From: Blastocatellia bacterium
GTDB taxonomy: Bacteria > Acidobacteriota > Blastocatellia > UBA7656
Length of the DNA: 64,000 nt
Direction of reading: 5' to 3'
Assembly (NCBI GenBank): GCA_963765495.1
Contig: CAVXWP010000001.1
Location: forward strand, 192,001 to 256,000
Shown: positions 26,559 through 36,351 of the stretch, piece after piece
Layout of the letters: the number at the start of each line of letters is the position of its first letter
How positions within the stretch are numbered: position 1 is the first letter of the stretch
The notes under the pieces: generated by a model
Seen by the model: only the letters and a program-made list of their open reading frames with translations
Databases searched by the model: none
What the model was told of the DNA's origin: nothing
Translations under genes and position numbers: made by a program

Positions 26559-27926
26559 ATGGAAGAGAGAATAGATCGAATCGAAGAAGGGAAACAAAGA
26601 GATTCACAAACACTCGCATTCGCCGGGTTGTTTGTCTTTACGCTGCTGCTTTACTGGCGGCCAAACGAGATGTTTCCCGAACTGTTTGGCGAATTTCCTC
26701 TTGCCAAGATAGTCGCAATCGCAACGCTTGTGGCCTATATCGCTTCAAGGTTCACAGAGGGCAAGAGGCTCACGATCTGGCCGATTGAATTAAAGATGCT
26801 TCTCGTAATCGCGGCTCTCGGCATCGCATTTATTCCGACCGCCGCCGCGCCTCAAGACAGCATAGATTTGCTGACGGATGTCTTCTTCAAGGTGATCATA
26901 ATCTTTGTTCTGATGATAAACGTTCTGGATACGCGCGAGCGGCTCAGGTCTATGTTGAGCCTCGTGGTGATCTGTGGAACCATCCTTTCACTTATCGCCA
27001 TCGGCAATTACCTGTCGGGCCATTTCGCGGTGCAGGATAAAGGGACCGAAGGGCGTGTGGCGGGGATAGTCGGCGGGATATTCGGCAATCCGAACGACCT
27101 GGCGACGAGCCTTGACCTGTTGATTCCTTTTTCGGTCGCGCTCGCGCTCACGAGTCGCGGCCTGTTGCGGCTGGCCTATTTCGCCTTCTCGGCAATTCTC
27201 GCCTCGGGTGTCGTGCTCACCTTTTCACGCGGCGGCTTCCTCGGCCTCATAGCCATGAGCGCCGTCCTGATGTGGAAGGTTGGACGGCGTAACCGCGCCG
27301 TGATGGTCTTTGCCTTTATGGCGATGCTCGCCGTGTTTGTTACGATGATGCCCGGTGGCTACGCAGATCGAATCACAACTATCTTTGACTCTTCGAGCGA
27401 CCCGACGGGGTCATCGCAGGCGCGCAAGGAGTTGCTTGAGCGCGCCGCCTCGGTCGCGGCTGCACACCCGCTAATCGGCGTCGGAGCCGGGAACTATCAC
27501 ATCTATTCGATACGCGAACAGCGCGCGCACAACTCTTATCTTGAGATCGCGTCCGAGCTTGGTCTGGCCGGGCTCGTGGCCTATCTGATTATGATATTTG
27601 CGCCGCTGAAACAGTTGCGCCGGGTCGAGCGCGATTGTATACGGACAGACAAAGGCCCCGAGGGAGATGATCAAAAGATTTACTATCTGAGCGTAGCCCT
27701 GCAAGCCTCGATAATCGCATACATCGTTTGCAGCTTTTTCGGGTCTATCCAGTATCTATGGTACGTCTATTTTCCAATCGGGTACGCCATATCGCTCAGA
27801 AACATTCACGCGGCGGAAAGGGAAGTTTCACCCGCGCAAGCGAGCGAGTCGCTGGCGGATGAGAAGAGACGGGGAGGCGTTTTATGGAGGCCCGATCAGA
27901 AGCGGGAGCGCCCGTCTGAGATTTGA
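26559..27926 (+). CDS. O-antigen ligase / Wzy polymerase family protein
   Basis: FGNPNDLA, TFSRGGFLG, HPLIGVGAGNY and AHNSYLEIASELG; multiple TMs. Confidence 0.88.
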   Translation: MEERIDRIEEGKQRDSQTLAFAGLFVFTLLLYWRPNEMFPELFGEFPLAKIVAIATLVAYIASRFTEGKRLTIWPIELKMLLVIAALGIAFIPTAAAPQDSIDLLTDVFFKVIIIFVLMINVLDTRERLRSMLSLVVICGTILSLIAIGNYLSGHFAVQDKGTEGRVAGIVGGIFGNPNDLATSLDLLIPFSVALALTSRGLLRLAYFAFSAILASGVVLTFSRGGFLGLIAMSAVLMWKVGRRNRAVMVFAFMAMLAVFVTMMPGGYADRITTIFDSSSDPTGSSQARKELLERAASVAAAHPLIGVGAGNYHIYSIREQRAHNSYLEIASELGLAGLVAYLIMIFAPLKQLRRVERDCIRTDKGPEGDDQKIYYLSVALQASIIAYIVCSFFGSIQYLWYVYFPIGYAISLRNIHAAEREVSPAQASESLADEKRRGGVLWRPDQKRERPSEI

Positions 27927-29125
27927 GATTTAAGAACTTTAGGAATCTGAAAACGGAAATATTTGTGATAGCCACCATCATATTCATAGCCTCGATAGCA
28001 GTGATAGCCTACGCGTACGTAGGTTATCCCGCGTTTGTCTTTGCGTTGTCGCGCCTGTTTTCGCGTCCCGTCAATCTTTCAGGCATCACACCAAAGGTTT
28101 CTGTGATAATCGCCGCCTACAACGAAGAGCGCGACATCGCCGCGAAGATCGAAAACACGCTGGCGCTCGATTATCCGTCCGACAGGCTTGAGGTGATAGT
28201 AGCAAGCGACTGCTCTGCGGATCGCACGGACGAGATAGTCTGTTCTTACAGAGAGCGTGGCGTGCGGCTCTTCAGGCAGGCGATGCGGCACGGAAAGAGC
28301 GTGGCGCAGAACAAGGCGATGAAGGTTTCGACGGGCGAAATTCTTGTCTTCTCAGACGCTACGACCATGTACGAGCCGGACGCGTTGAGAAAGATTGTAC
28401 GCAGCTTTGCCGATCACGAAGTCGGCTGCGTGGCGGGTCAGCTTATCTATGTTGATCGCGCCGCGACCGCCGTGGGGCAGGGGTGCCGCTCGTACTGGGG
28501 ATACGAAAAATTTATAAAGGAAAGCGAAAGCCGGTTGGGGTCGCTTATCGGGGTGAGCGGATGTCTTTACGCGGTCAGGCGCAGCAACTACGCGAAAATC
28601 GCTCACGATATGAGCAGCGATTTTGTTATTGCGACCGAAATATTTCTGCAAGGCATGCGCACTGTTTACGACCGGGAGGCGATCTCGATAGAAGACACAA
28701 ACAACCGCAGCCGCGATGAATTCCGCATGCGCGTGCGCGTGATCGAGCAGACCATGAGCGCGCTTGATCGTTACAGCGAAGTGCTCAACCCGGCAAAGAG
28801 CGGGCTGTACGCGTTTCAGATGATTTCACATAAGGTGCTGCGATACGCGGTCCCGGCCTTTTTGATTTCGGCCTTCATATCGAATCTATTCCTGATAAAC
28901 GCGCTGGGGTTTTTCCGGCTTGCGCTTATTGGGCAGGCGGCTCTTTATATGGCGGCGCTGGCCGGATTTCTTGCTGATCGGATGGGGCTGAATCTTGGAC
29001 CCCTGTCAATTCCTTATTATTTCGTGCTGGCCAACGCCGCCTCGCTCGTCGCATTTCTGAAGTTTATGCGTGGAGAGGCACACGTGTTGTGGGAGCCTGT
29101 TCGCGGGTCGGGATCGGCTGAATGA
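27923..29125 (+). CDS. Glycosyltransferase family 2 (membrane-anchored)
   Basis: VSVIIAAYNEE, SDCSAD, FSDA, MSSDF, R.RV. Possible alternative GTG start at 27965. Confidence 0.9.
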   Translation: MRFKNFRNLKTEIFVIATIIFIASIAVIAYAYVGYPAFVFALSRLFSRPVNLSGITPKVSVIIAAYNEERDIAAKIENTLALDYPSDRLEVIVASDCSADRTDEIVCSYRERGVRLFRQAMRHGKSVAQNKAMKVSTGEILVFSDATTMYEPDALRKIVRSFADHEVGCVAGQLIYVDRAATAVGQGCRSYWGYEKFIKESESRLGSLIGVSGCLYAVRRSNYAKIAHDMSSDFVIATEIFLQGMRTVYDREAISIEDTNNRSRDEFRMRVRVIEQTMSALDRYSEVLNPAKSGLYAFQMISHKVLRYAVPAFLISAFISNLFLINALGFFRLALIGQAALYMAALAGFLADRMGLNLGPLSIPYYFVLANAASLVAFLKFMRGEAHVLWEPVRGSGSAE

Positions 29126-31647
29126 AAAGACTGACGATACAACTTGAAAAACTTCGCGGCAAAAGCCTCAAGGAACTGCGCGAGCGAGCGGGCCAGGAAT
29201 TAAACAAGCTTGGCGAGCGTATGACGGGCCTCTCCACGGAAGAGATGAGCGACGCGCGATTCTATCGGCAGATAAGCCCCGCCGAGCGCAACGGCTCTGC
29301 CAAAGGCACGGCTCAAGCGATAGCCCGACGCATCGAGGGAGGGGTTACGGGGGGGATTACGGCAGGGGTTCGTTCGGGCGGTAATAAATTCTTTCCCTCG
29401 TTTGATGGGCGCGACGAAATCCGCTCCATTATGGAATGCCGCTTTCCCGATCAGAGCCGGGCAATCATCGAGCGGGCCGAGCGCGCAATCCGGGGGCGAT
29501 TCGACCTTCTGGGTCTGAGCGATCTCAGCTTTGGCCAACCCGTTGACTGGCATTTGGAACCCGTATCCGGCAAGCGAGCGCCCCGCGCGCACTGGAGCCG
29601 GATCAAATATCTGGACCCGACCGTGGCGGGAGACAAAAAGATCACGTGGGAGTTGAACCGGCATCAGCATTTCGTAACGTTCGGGCAGGCTCACCGGCTC
29701 ACCGGAGACGAGCGCTTTGCCGAAGCGTTTGTCGCTCAAGCGAGTTCGTGGATGGATGCGAATCCGCCAGGTGTAGGAATCAACTGGGCAAGCAGTCTCG
29801 AAGTCGCCTTCCGCGCCGTTGCGTGGATATGGGCTTTGCATCTGCTTGCGGGTTCGCGCCATCTTTCGGGAGAGTTTGTGTTGCGCGCGCTCAAGCATCT
29901 TTCGGCACACGGTCGCCATATCGAAAAATACCTGTCGCATTACTTCAGCCCGAACACACATCTTTCGGGCGAGGCGCTCGGGCTCTTTTATCTTGGCGTG
30001 GCGCTGCCGGAATTCAGACGGGCGGGCAAGTGGCAAAGACTCGGGCTCGGGATACTCGTTGAGCAGCTATCACGCCAGGTCCGCGAGGATGGAGTCTATT
30101 TCGAGCAGGCGACCTATTATCACCGCTACACGGCGGATTTTTATACGCATCTGCTCGTGCTTGCGCGTGCCGCAAACATCGTGCTGCCTTTCGCGGTCGA
30201 AGAGAAACTCGCGGCCCTCCTCGATCACCTGATGTGGATAACGCGCCCCGACGGCACATCGCCGCTTGTGGGCGATGATGACGGGGGGCGATTGATAAAG
30301 CTGGGCGAGCGCAGGCTCGATGATTTCCGCGACACGCTTGCGGCGGGTGCCGCGCTTTTCGGGCGCGGTGATTGGAAATATGTCGCAGGCGGCCCGGCGG
30401 TCGAAACGCTCTGGCTGCTCGGTCCCGAAGGGCTTGCCCGTTACGATGAGATCAGGGGCGTAAAACCCGAAGCGAAGTCTCGCGCATTCGCCGCGAGCGG
30501 CTATTACGTGATGCGCGACGAGTGGGAAAAGGATTCGAGTTTTGTTCTGATGGATTGCGGCCCGCACGGGGCGATGAACTGCGGGCACGCGCACGCCGAC
30601 GCGCTCTCGCTCGAATTTGCCTCGGAAGGTAAGCCGTGGTTGATTGATCCCGGCACGTTTACTTATACGGCAGATTCTCGCTTGCGCGATGAGTTTCGCG
30701 CGACCCATGCTCACAACACCGCGACCGTTGACGGCGAGTCGCAATCGGTTCCCGCCGGGGCATTTTCGTGGCATCACATCGCCCTCGCAAAAGACACGGA
30801 TTTCATAGGCGAAGAGAGCTTTGATTATCTTGAAGGCGCGCACGACGGATACGAGCGATTGAGCGATCCAGTCACACACAGGCGAGCGGTCCTGTTCACA
30901 AAGACTGCAAAAGACTGCAAGGGTGCAGCCCGGCTTAACTCCCGGTTGAACTCTTATCTGGTTGTGCGCGACAGGTTCACCGCTACCGACCGCCATCATT
31001 ACGCCATGCGCTACCATCTGGCTCCGGGGTGTTCGGCCGTGGCGATTGGAAATCATGTAAAGATCACACGACCCCGTGGCGAAAGGCTCGACCTCATAGC
31101 GTTCGGGCGTGTGATGCCACGGGCGCAAATCTTGTCGGGCTGGGCGTCATCGAGTTATGGAGCGCGTACCCCTTCGCTTATCGTCGCGTTCGAAGCCGAA
31201 GGCATTCAGGCGCAGGAATTCGTGACCTTTGCGCTTCCTTTGACAAGAGAGGGGGCAATTCATATCGAACAGACAGATCATTCGGCTCGCGGTTTTCTTA
31301 TCACAACTGGCAACGTGATGGACGCGGTCTTGATCGGCAACGGCTCGGACAGATTCGAATGCGGGCCGCTTTCGGCCACGGGGCAGATCGCCTGGGGTCG
31401 CTTTGTAAATGACAGACTCGCAAAGGCGTGTCTGATTCACGGGCGCTCACTTGAAACAAGCGACGGGCTTTCGCTCGATCACCGCAAGCCCGTCAGGTAC
31501 CTGACCGTCAGCGAGTCGGGCAACGGTTTTGAGGTGAGGGTTGACGGTACAGGCAAATTTTTTACGGCAAACAACAGGACGCAGGATGCGCGCGGCTTGC
31601 GTCAACACTCGCATCAACCGGAGTTGATGAGTAAGGCAGCAGAATAA
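29122..31647 (+). CDS. Heparinase II/III family protein (polysaccharide lyase-like)
   Basis: WELNRHQH, NWASSLEVAFR, PNTH, YFEQATYYH, GD.DGG, GHAHADALS, IDPGTFTY, AHNT..VDG. Confidence 0.9.
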   Translation: MKRLTIQLEKLRGKSLKELRERAGQELNKLGERMTGLSTEEMSDARFYRQISPAERNGSAKGTAQAIARRIEGGVTGGITAGVRSGGNKFFPSFDGRDEIRSIMECRFPDQSRAIIERAERAIRGRFDLLGLSDLSFGQPVDWHLEPVSGKRAPRAHWSRIKYLDPTVAGDKKITWELNRHQHFVTFGQAHRLTGDERFAEAFVAQASSWMDANPPGVGINWASSLEVAFRAVAWIWALHLLAGSRHLSGEFVLRALKHLSAHGRHIEKYLSHYFSPNTHLSGEALGLFYLGVALPEFRRAGKWQRLGLGILVEQLSRQVREDGVYFEQATYYHRYTADFYTHLLVLARAANIVLPFAVEEKLAALLDHLMWITRPDGTSPLVGDDDGGRLIKLGERRLDDFRDTLAAGAALFGRGDWKYVAGGPAVETLWLLGPEGLARYDEIRGVKPEAKSRAFAASGYYVMRDEWEKDSSFVLMDCGPHGAMNCGHAHADALSLEFASEGKPWLIDPGTFTYTADSRLRDEFRATHAHNTATVDGESQSVPAGAFSWHHIALAKDTDFIGEESFDYLEGAHDGYERLSDPVTHRRAVLFTKTAKDCKGAARLNSRLNSYLVVRDRFTATDRHHYAMRYHLAPGCSAVAIGNHVKITRPRGERLDLIAFGRVMPRAQILSGWASSSYGARTPSLIVAFEAEGIQAQEFVTFALPLTREGAIHIEQTDHSARGFLITTGNVMDAVLIGNGSDRFECGPLSATGQIAWGRFVNDRLAKACLIHGRSLETSDGLSLDHRKPVRYLTVSESGNGFEVRVDGTGKFFTANNRTQDARGLRQHSHQPELMSKAAE

Positions 31648-33593
31648 TGTGCGGAATTTGCGGCATAGCCGCTCCAGCGAAATTGAATCGCAGCGTTGAT
31701 GAATCGCTCGTCAAACAGATGCGAGACCGGCTCGCGCACAGAGGGCCAGACGACGCGGGGATCTTTCGGGGAGGCTCGGTGGGGCTCGGTCATCGCCGCC
31801 TTTCAATCGTAGACCTCGGCGGCGGCGGCCAGCCCATGTCAAACGAAGACGACACGATATGGATAGCCTTCAACGGTGAAATCTATAATCATCGCGACTT
31901 CCGCCCTGTGCTCGAAGCGCGCGGTCACAGGTATCGCACCTCAAGCGATACGGAAACGATAATTCACCTCTACGAAGAATACGGGCCGCGTGCAGTCGAG
32001 CATCTGCGCGGGATGTTCGCCTTTGCCATCTGGGACTCGAACAGCCGCAGGCTCGTGCTTGCGCGTGATCGGTTGGGAATAAAACCGCTCTACTACGCGC
32101 TTACAGACGACGGGACGATCTATTTCGCGTCGGAGATAAAGGCGCTTCTCGAAACCGAGGACATACGGGCTTCGCTCAATTACGCCGCGCTTTCCGATTA
32201 CGCCGCGAACCGTTACACATCGGGCGAAGAGACGCTCTTTTGCGGAATAAAACGGCTGCTTCCGGGTCACACGCTCACGTGGCGCGACGGTCGCGTAGAG
32301 ATCGAACGCTACTGGGATTTGAGCTTTGCCAAAGGGCAGGAGAGCCTCAGCGAAAGCCGGTACGTCGAGCAGTTCGATGAGTTGTTTTGCGAATCGGTCC
32401 GCTTGCGCCTGATGTCGGATGTGCCGCTCGGGATGTTTCTTTCCGGCGGAATCGATTCGAGCGCGATAGCCTCGGTGATGAGCGAAATGGTTAGCGAGCC
32501 GATCAAGACTTTTTCGGTAGCCTTTGCCGAACGCGAGGCAAACGAGCTTCGATACGCAAGGATGATAGCGGATGCCTATCACACGGATCATCACGAAATA
32601 CTGGTCAGCCCCGACGAGTTTTTTGATGCGTTGCCCGATCTGGTTTATCAGGAGGACGAGCCCCTGGCCCATCCGTCGAGCGTGCCTCTTTACTTCGTGT
32701 CGCGGCTTGCGTCTCGTCACGTCAAGGTCGTCCTCACCGGAGAAGGGAGCGACGAGTTGCTGGCCGGGTATGACAAGTATCGCAAGACGATCTACAACCT
32801 CACGCTTGGCCGCGCCTATCACGGCGGCGTGCCCGAACCCGTGAGGCGGATGATTCGTCGGGCCATTGAAAACCGGGGAGGCACATCGCGCGCGGCGCGG
32901 AAACTTGCGCGCACCTTCCTGTGTATTTCGCCGGATGTGGAAAACATCTATTTCGATAACTTCTCGGTCTTTTCGCGCAGTATGCAAAAGCGGTTATTTA
33001 CGAGCGAGACGCAGGAGCGAATCGCATCGAATGACCCTTATAGCCGCTCGCTCGATTATGCGCAAGCGACAGACGCCGATTCCTTGCTTGATCAGTTGCT
33101 TGCGATGGACATGAAGACTTACCTGCACGAGTTGTTGATGAAGCAGGATCAGATGAGCATGGCCGCTTCGATTGAAAGCCGCGTGCCTTTTCTCGATCAC
33201 AAACTTGTGGAATTTGCCGCGAGCCTTCCGGTGAAGATGAAACTGAAAGGGCTGACCACGAAATACATACTCAGGCGAGCGATGCGACATCGTTTGCCAA
33301 AAAAGATTCTCACCCGCAGGAAGATGGGGTTTCCCGTCCCCGTTGGCGCGTGGCTGCGCGGCAGGTACAGCCACATCATAGAGGAATACGTGCTGTGTGA
33401 TCGCGCGGCGAGTCGCGGCATCTTTGACCGCGAGTTTGTGCGCGAACTCGTAGCGCGACACGCCCGAGGGGAAAACCACGATGAAAGGTTGTGGGCTCTT
33501 ATCAATTTCGAAATCTGGCAGCGCCGATTTGTTGACAGAGAAGACGCCGACAATCAATACCGCTTTATGAGCGCGACACGCGTGGCGGTTTAA
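31647..33593 (+). CDS. asnB: Asparagine-synthase-like glutamine amidotransferase
   Basis: MCGICG Ntn Cys, HRGPDD, GHRRLSIVD, FNGEIYN, LSGGIDSS, LTGEGSDE, RVPFLD. Confidence 0.93.
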   Translation: MCGICGIAAPAKLNRSVDESLVKQMRDRLAHRGPDDAGIFRGGSVGLGHRRLSIVDLGGGGQPMSNEDDTIWIAFNGEIYNHRDFRPVLEARGHRYRTSSDTETIIHLYEEYGPRAVEHLRGMFAFAIWDSNSRRLVLARDRLGIKPLYYALTDDGTIYFASEIKALLETEDIRASLNYAALSDYAANRYTSGEETLFCGIKRLLPGHTLTWRDGRVEIERYWDLSFAKGQESLSESRYVEQFDELFCESVRLRLMSDVPLGMFLSGGIDSSAIASVMSEMVSEPIKTFSVAFAEREANELRYARMIADAYHTDHHEILVSPDEFFDALPDLVYQEDEPLAHPSSVPLYFVSRLASRHVKVVLTGEGSDELLAGYDKYRKTIYNLTLGRAYHGGVPEPVRRMIRRAIENRGGTSRAARKLARTFLCISPDVENIYFDNFSVFSRSMQKRLFTSETQERIASNDPYSRSLDYAQATDADSLLDQLLAMDMKTYLHELLMKQDQMSMAASIESRVPFLDHKLVEFAASLPVKMKLKGLTTKYILRRAMRHRLPKKILTRRKMGFPVPVGAWLRGRYSHIIEEYVLCDRAASRGIFDREFVRELVARHARGENHDERLWALINFEIWQRRFVDREDADNQYRFMSATRVAV

Positions 33594-33607
33594 GGAGATT
33601 TTGCACT

Positions 33608-34834
33608 GTGAAGATATTATGGCTAAAAAGCGAACTGCTGCACCCGGTAGACAAGGGCGGAAAGATTCGCACATATCAGATGCTCAAACACCTCAAGCGC
33701 GATCACGATATAACATATCTATCGCTTGCGGGACCTTCCGATCCGGTCGAGTCGTTCGATCTCGCCACGGAGTATTGTCACAGGCTTCAAACGGTCGTGT
33801 GGGAAGAGGCTCCGAAATTCAGCGCGCGGTTTTATCGTGAACTGGCTTTGAATCTGAGTTCGCCTTTGCCTTACGCGATTCAGAAATATCGCTCGCCCGT
33901 GATGCAGCGGGCCATAGAGCGCGAATTGAGCCGGAATCATTATGATGTGGTCGTATGCGATTTCCTCGTTCCGAGCGTAAATCTTACAGAGACAAACAGG
34001 TGCGCGACCGTTTTATTTCAGCATAATGTCGAGTCAATCATCTGGCAGAGACATTATGAAATCGAGCGCGGCCGGCTCAGAAAAGCATTCTTTTACAATC
34101 AGTGGCAAAAGATGTATCGCTATGAGCGAGACGTCTGCCGCAGGTTCGATTCGGTAGTCGCCGTATCGCGGGTGGACCGCGATTTGATGGCCAAAGAGTT
34201 CGGGTTGAGCGAAGTCTATGACGTGCCTACGGGCGTGGATACAGATTATTTCAGGCCCTCGGACGCCGAACGCGACCCCGCAGAGATCGTCTTCACAGGC
34301 TCGATGGACTGGATGCCGAATGAAGACGCGATCAACTATTTCGCCGAAGAAATCCTGCCGCTCATCGCCCGATCAATTCCCGGTGTGAAGCTGAGTGTGG
34401 TGGGCCGCAATCCAACCGCTCGCACAAAATCGCTTGCAGAGGCAAACCCGGCCATAACCGTGACCGGGCGGGTCGAAGACATCCGCCCCTTTATTGATCG
34501 AGCGACCGCTTATGTGGTCCCGCTCAGAGTAGGCGGCGGCACGCGATTGAAGATATACGAGGCGATGGCAATGGGTGTGCCGGTCATCTCTACATCCATC
34601 GGCGCGGAAGGCTTGCCCGTGCGCGACGGGGAAGACCTGCTGATAGCCGACACCGCCGAAGGATTCGCGCAGACGGTCACGCGGGTGCTTCTGGATAAGC
34701 AGTTGGCGGCCCGCATCGGGAGTCAGGCACACAGAGTCGTACGCGAGAGATTCGGATGGAGCGTGGCCGCCTGCGCGTTTGCTGAAGTGTGCGAGCGAGC
34801 GGCAAGCAGGGAGTTGCGAATGCGCGCGGCTTAA
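33608..34834 (+). CDS. Glycosyltransferase family 4
   Basis: P.DKGGKIR, FTGSMDWMPN.DA, GGGTRLKIYEAMAMG, IGAEG. Confidence 0.9.
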   Translation: MKILWLKSELLHPVDKGGKIRTYQMLKHLKRDHDITYLSLAGPSDPVESFDLATEYCHRLQTVVWEEAPKFSARFYRELALNLSSPLPYAIQKYRSPVMQRAIERELSRNHYDVVVCDFLVPSVNLTETNRCATVLFQHNVESIIWQRHYEIERGRLRKAFFYNQWQKMYRYERDVCRRFDSVVAVSRVDRDLMAKEFGLSEVYDVPTGVDTDYFRPSDAERDPAEIVFTGSMDWMPNEDAINYFAEEILPLIARSIPGVKLSVVGRNPTARTKSLAEANPAITVTGRVEDIRPFIDRATAYVVPLRVGGGTRLKIYEAMAMGVPVISTSIGAEGLPVRDGEDLLIADTAEGFAQTVTRVLLDKQLAARIGSQAHRVVRERFGWSVAACAFAEVCERAASRELRMRAA

Positions 34835-34878
34835 ACCATTAGGGATTGATAGAGATGAAAGACAACGAAAAGCAAATA

Positions 34879-34985
34879 GGAATAGGCCGGGACGGACGCG
34901 GATGCGGCGGATTTACGCGGATCTGACTCTTTAAGATTTAATCTGCGTTGATCCGCCAAAATCCGCACCCGTCCTGGCCTATTCC
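34879..34985. repeat. MITE/REP-like element with GGAATAGGCC terminal inverted repeats (copy B)
   Basis: ggaataggcc...ggcctattcc with internal (N)CGGAT 9-10-nt subrepeats. Confidence 0.85.
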
Positions 34986-35037
34986 TAATAACCCGATCAA
35001 GTCGTTGGAATTTAAATATGGAGTTTGGAGCAATAAT

Positions 35038-36351
35038 ATGAGGTTGAGCATTTTCGGTCTTGGATATGTCGGTTGCGTTTCGGCGGCCTGCTTTGCAGAG
35101 GCAGGCCACGAGGTCATCGGCGTAGACGTGAATAATTTAAAAGTGGAGATCGTAAATAGCGGTCGCAGCCCGATTGTCGAGCCGGGCATAGAAGAATTGA
35201 TCGCCCGGGGTGTGAAGAAAAAACGGCTCACGGCGACGACCGATACTCGTCAGGCCGTACATGATTCCGACGTTTCGCTCGTGTGCGTAGGCACGCCCGG
35301 CAATCACAACGGCAGCCTCGATCTGACATATGTAAAGCGCGTCTGCCAGGAAATAGGTGAGGCGCTCGAAAGCAAATCCCGGTTTCACATAGTCGCGATT
35401 CGCAGCACGATGCTTCCCGGCACGATCTCCGAAACCGTGACGCCTGCGCTTGAAGTCTACTCGGGCAAACGCGCCGGACGCGATTTCGGAGTGGCCGTCA
35501 ACCCGGAGTTTCTGCGCGAAGGCACTTCGATTCAAGACTTCAACAATCCTCCGTTTACGCTAATCGGAGCCGATGATGATGATACGGCGGGGCCACTCGG
35601 GAAACTCTATTCCAACATCGACGCGCCTACCTTGACCATCGGGATCAGGGAGGCCGAGATGGTCAAGTATGCGTGCAACTGTTTTCACGCGCTGAAGGTG
35701 ACGTTCGCAAACGAGATAGGCAATATCTGCAAGGCTGCCGGGGTGGACAGCCATCAGGTTATGGATGTCTTTTGCAAGGACACAAAGCTGAATCTGTCGC
35801 CTTACTATCTGAAGCCGGGGTTTGCCTACGGCGGCTCGTGCCTTCCTAAGGATTTGCGCGCCATCACCTACAAAGCCAGAGAGATGGATGTCGATGTGCC
35901 GATGTTGAGCGCGATACAGACGAGCAACCGCCGACAGGTAGAGCGCGCCGTTGATATGGTCCTCGGGACCGGGCGCAAGAAAGTCGGCGTGCTTGGAATG
36001 AGCTTCAAATCGGGTACGGATGATCTGCGCGAAAGCCCTATGGTGGCGCTTATAGAGACGCTCATCGGCAAGGGCATGAAGCTGACCATCTATGACCGGG
36101 ACGTAGAGATGGCCCGATTGTTTGGAGCTAACAAAGATTATATCGAGCGCGAGATTCCTCACATTTCGTCGCTGATGCATCCTCGACTGGATGAGGTTAT
36201 CGAAGACTCGGAAGTCATCATCATCGGCAAGAAGGAAGATGAGTTTCGAGTGCTTGCCGATAAACTCAACAACGGGCGCGTGATCATCGATCTGGTCAGG
36301 CTGTTTGACATCGAGGATGAGCGAACAAGTTACCAGGGGATGTGCTGGTAA
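35038..36351 (+). CDS. algD: GDP-mannose 6-dehydrogenase (AlgD-like nucleotide-sugar dehydrogenase)
   Basis: MRLSIFGLGYVG, SPIVEPG, KVTFANEIGNI, KLNLS.YY.KPGFA.GGSCLPKD, GANK.YIE..IPH.SSL and terminal G.CW match AlgD as I recall it. Confidence 0.85.
   Translation: MRLSIFGLGYVGCVSAACFAEAGHEVIGVDVNNLKVEIVNSGRSPIVEPGIEELIARGVKKKRLTATTDTRQAVHDSDVSLVCVGTPGNHNGSLDLTYVKRVCQEIGEALESKSRFHIVAIRSTMLPGTISETVTPALEVYSGKRAGRDFGVAVNPEFLREGTSIQDFNNPPFTLIGADDDDTAGPLGKLYSNIDAPTLTIGIREAEMVKYACNCFHALKVTFANEIGNICKAAGVDSHQVMDVFCKDTKLNLSPYYLKPGFAYGGSCLPKDLRAITYKAREMDVDVPMLSAIQTSNRRQVERAVDMVLGTGRKKVGVLGMSFKSGTDDLRESPMVALIETLIGKGMKLTIYDRDVEMARLFGANKDYIEREIPHISSLMHPRLDEVIEDSEVIIIGKKEDEFRVLADKLNNGRVIIDLVRLFDIEDERTSYQGMCW

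Noticed and set aside
30070-32987. Long antisense ORFs (30070-31128, 31941-32987; likewise 42126-43211 and 57730-58830)
   Set aside because: They lie fully opposite well-supported genes, have no recognisable motifs, and are expected shadows in GC-rich coding DNA.
31647-33593. asnB as a lasso-peptide cyclase, with the 49-aa ORF as precursor
   Set aside because: It has an intact Ntn glutaminase (Cys2) and sits among glycosyltransferases. No B1/B2 peptidase or RRE gene is present, and the peptide lacks an Asp/Glu at core position 7-9 after a Thr(-2).
34948-35037. N-terminal extensions given by the ORF track (algD from 34948, methyltransferase from 39316, 9201 gene from 10082, sigma-like gene from 50667)
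   Set aside because: The extensions run through repeat elements, promoters or the upstream gene; downstream ATGs have better RBS or coupling and match family N-termini.
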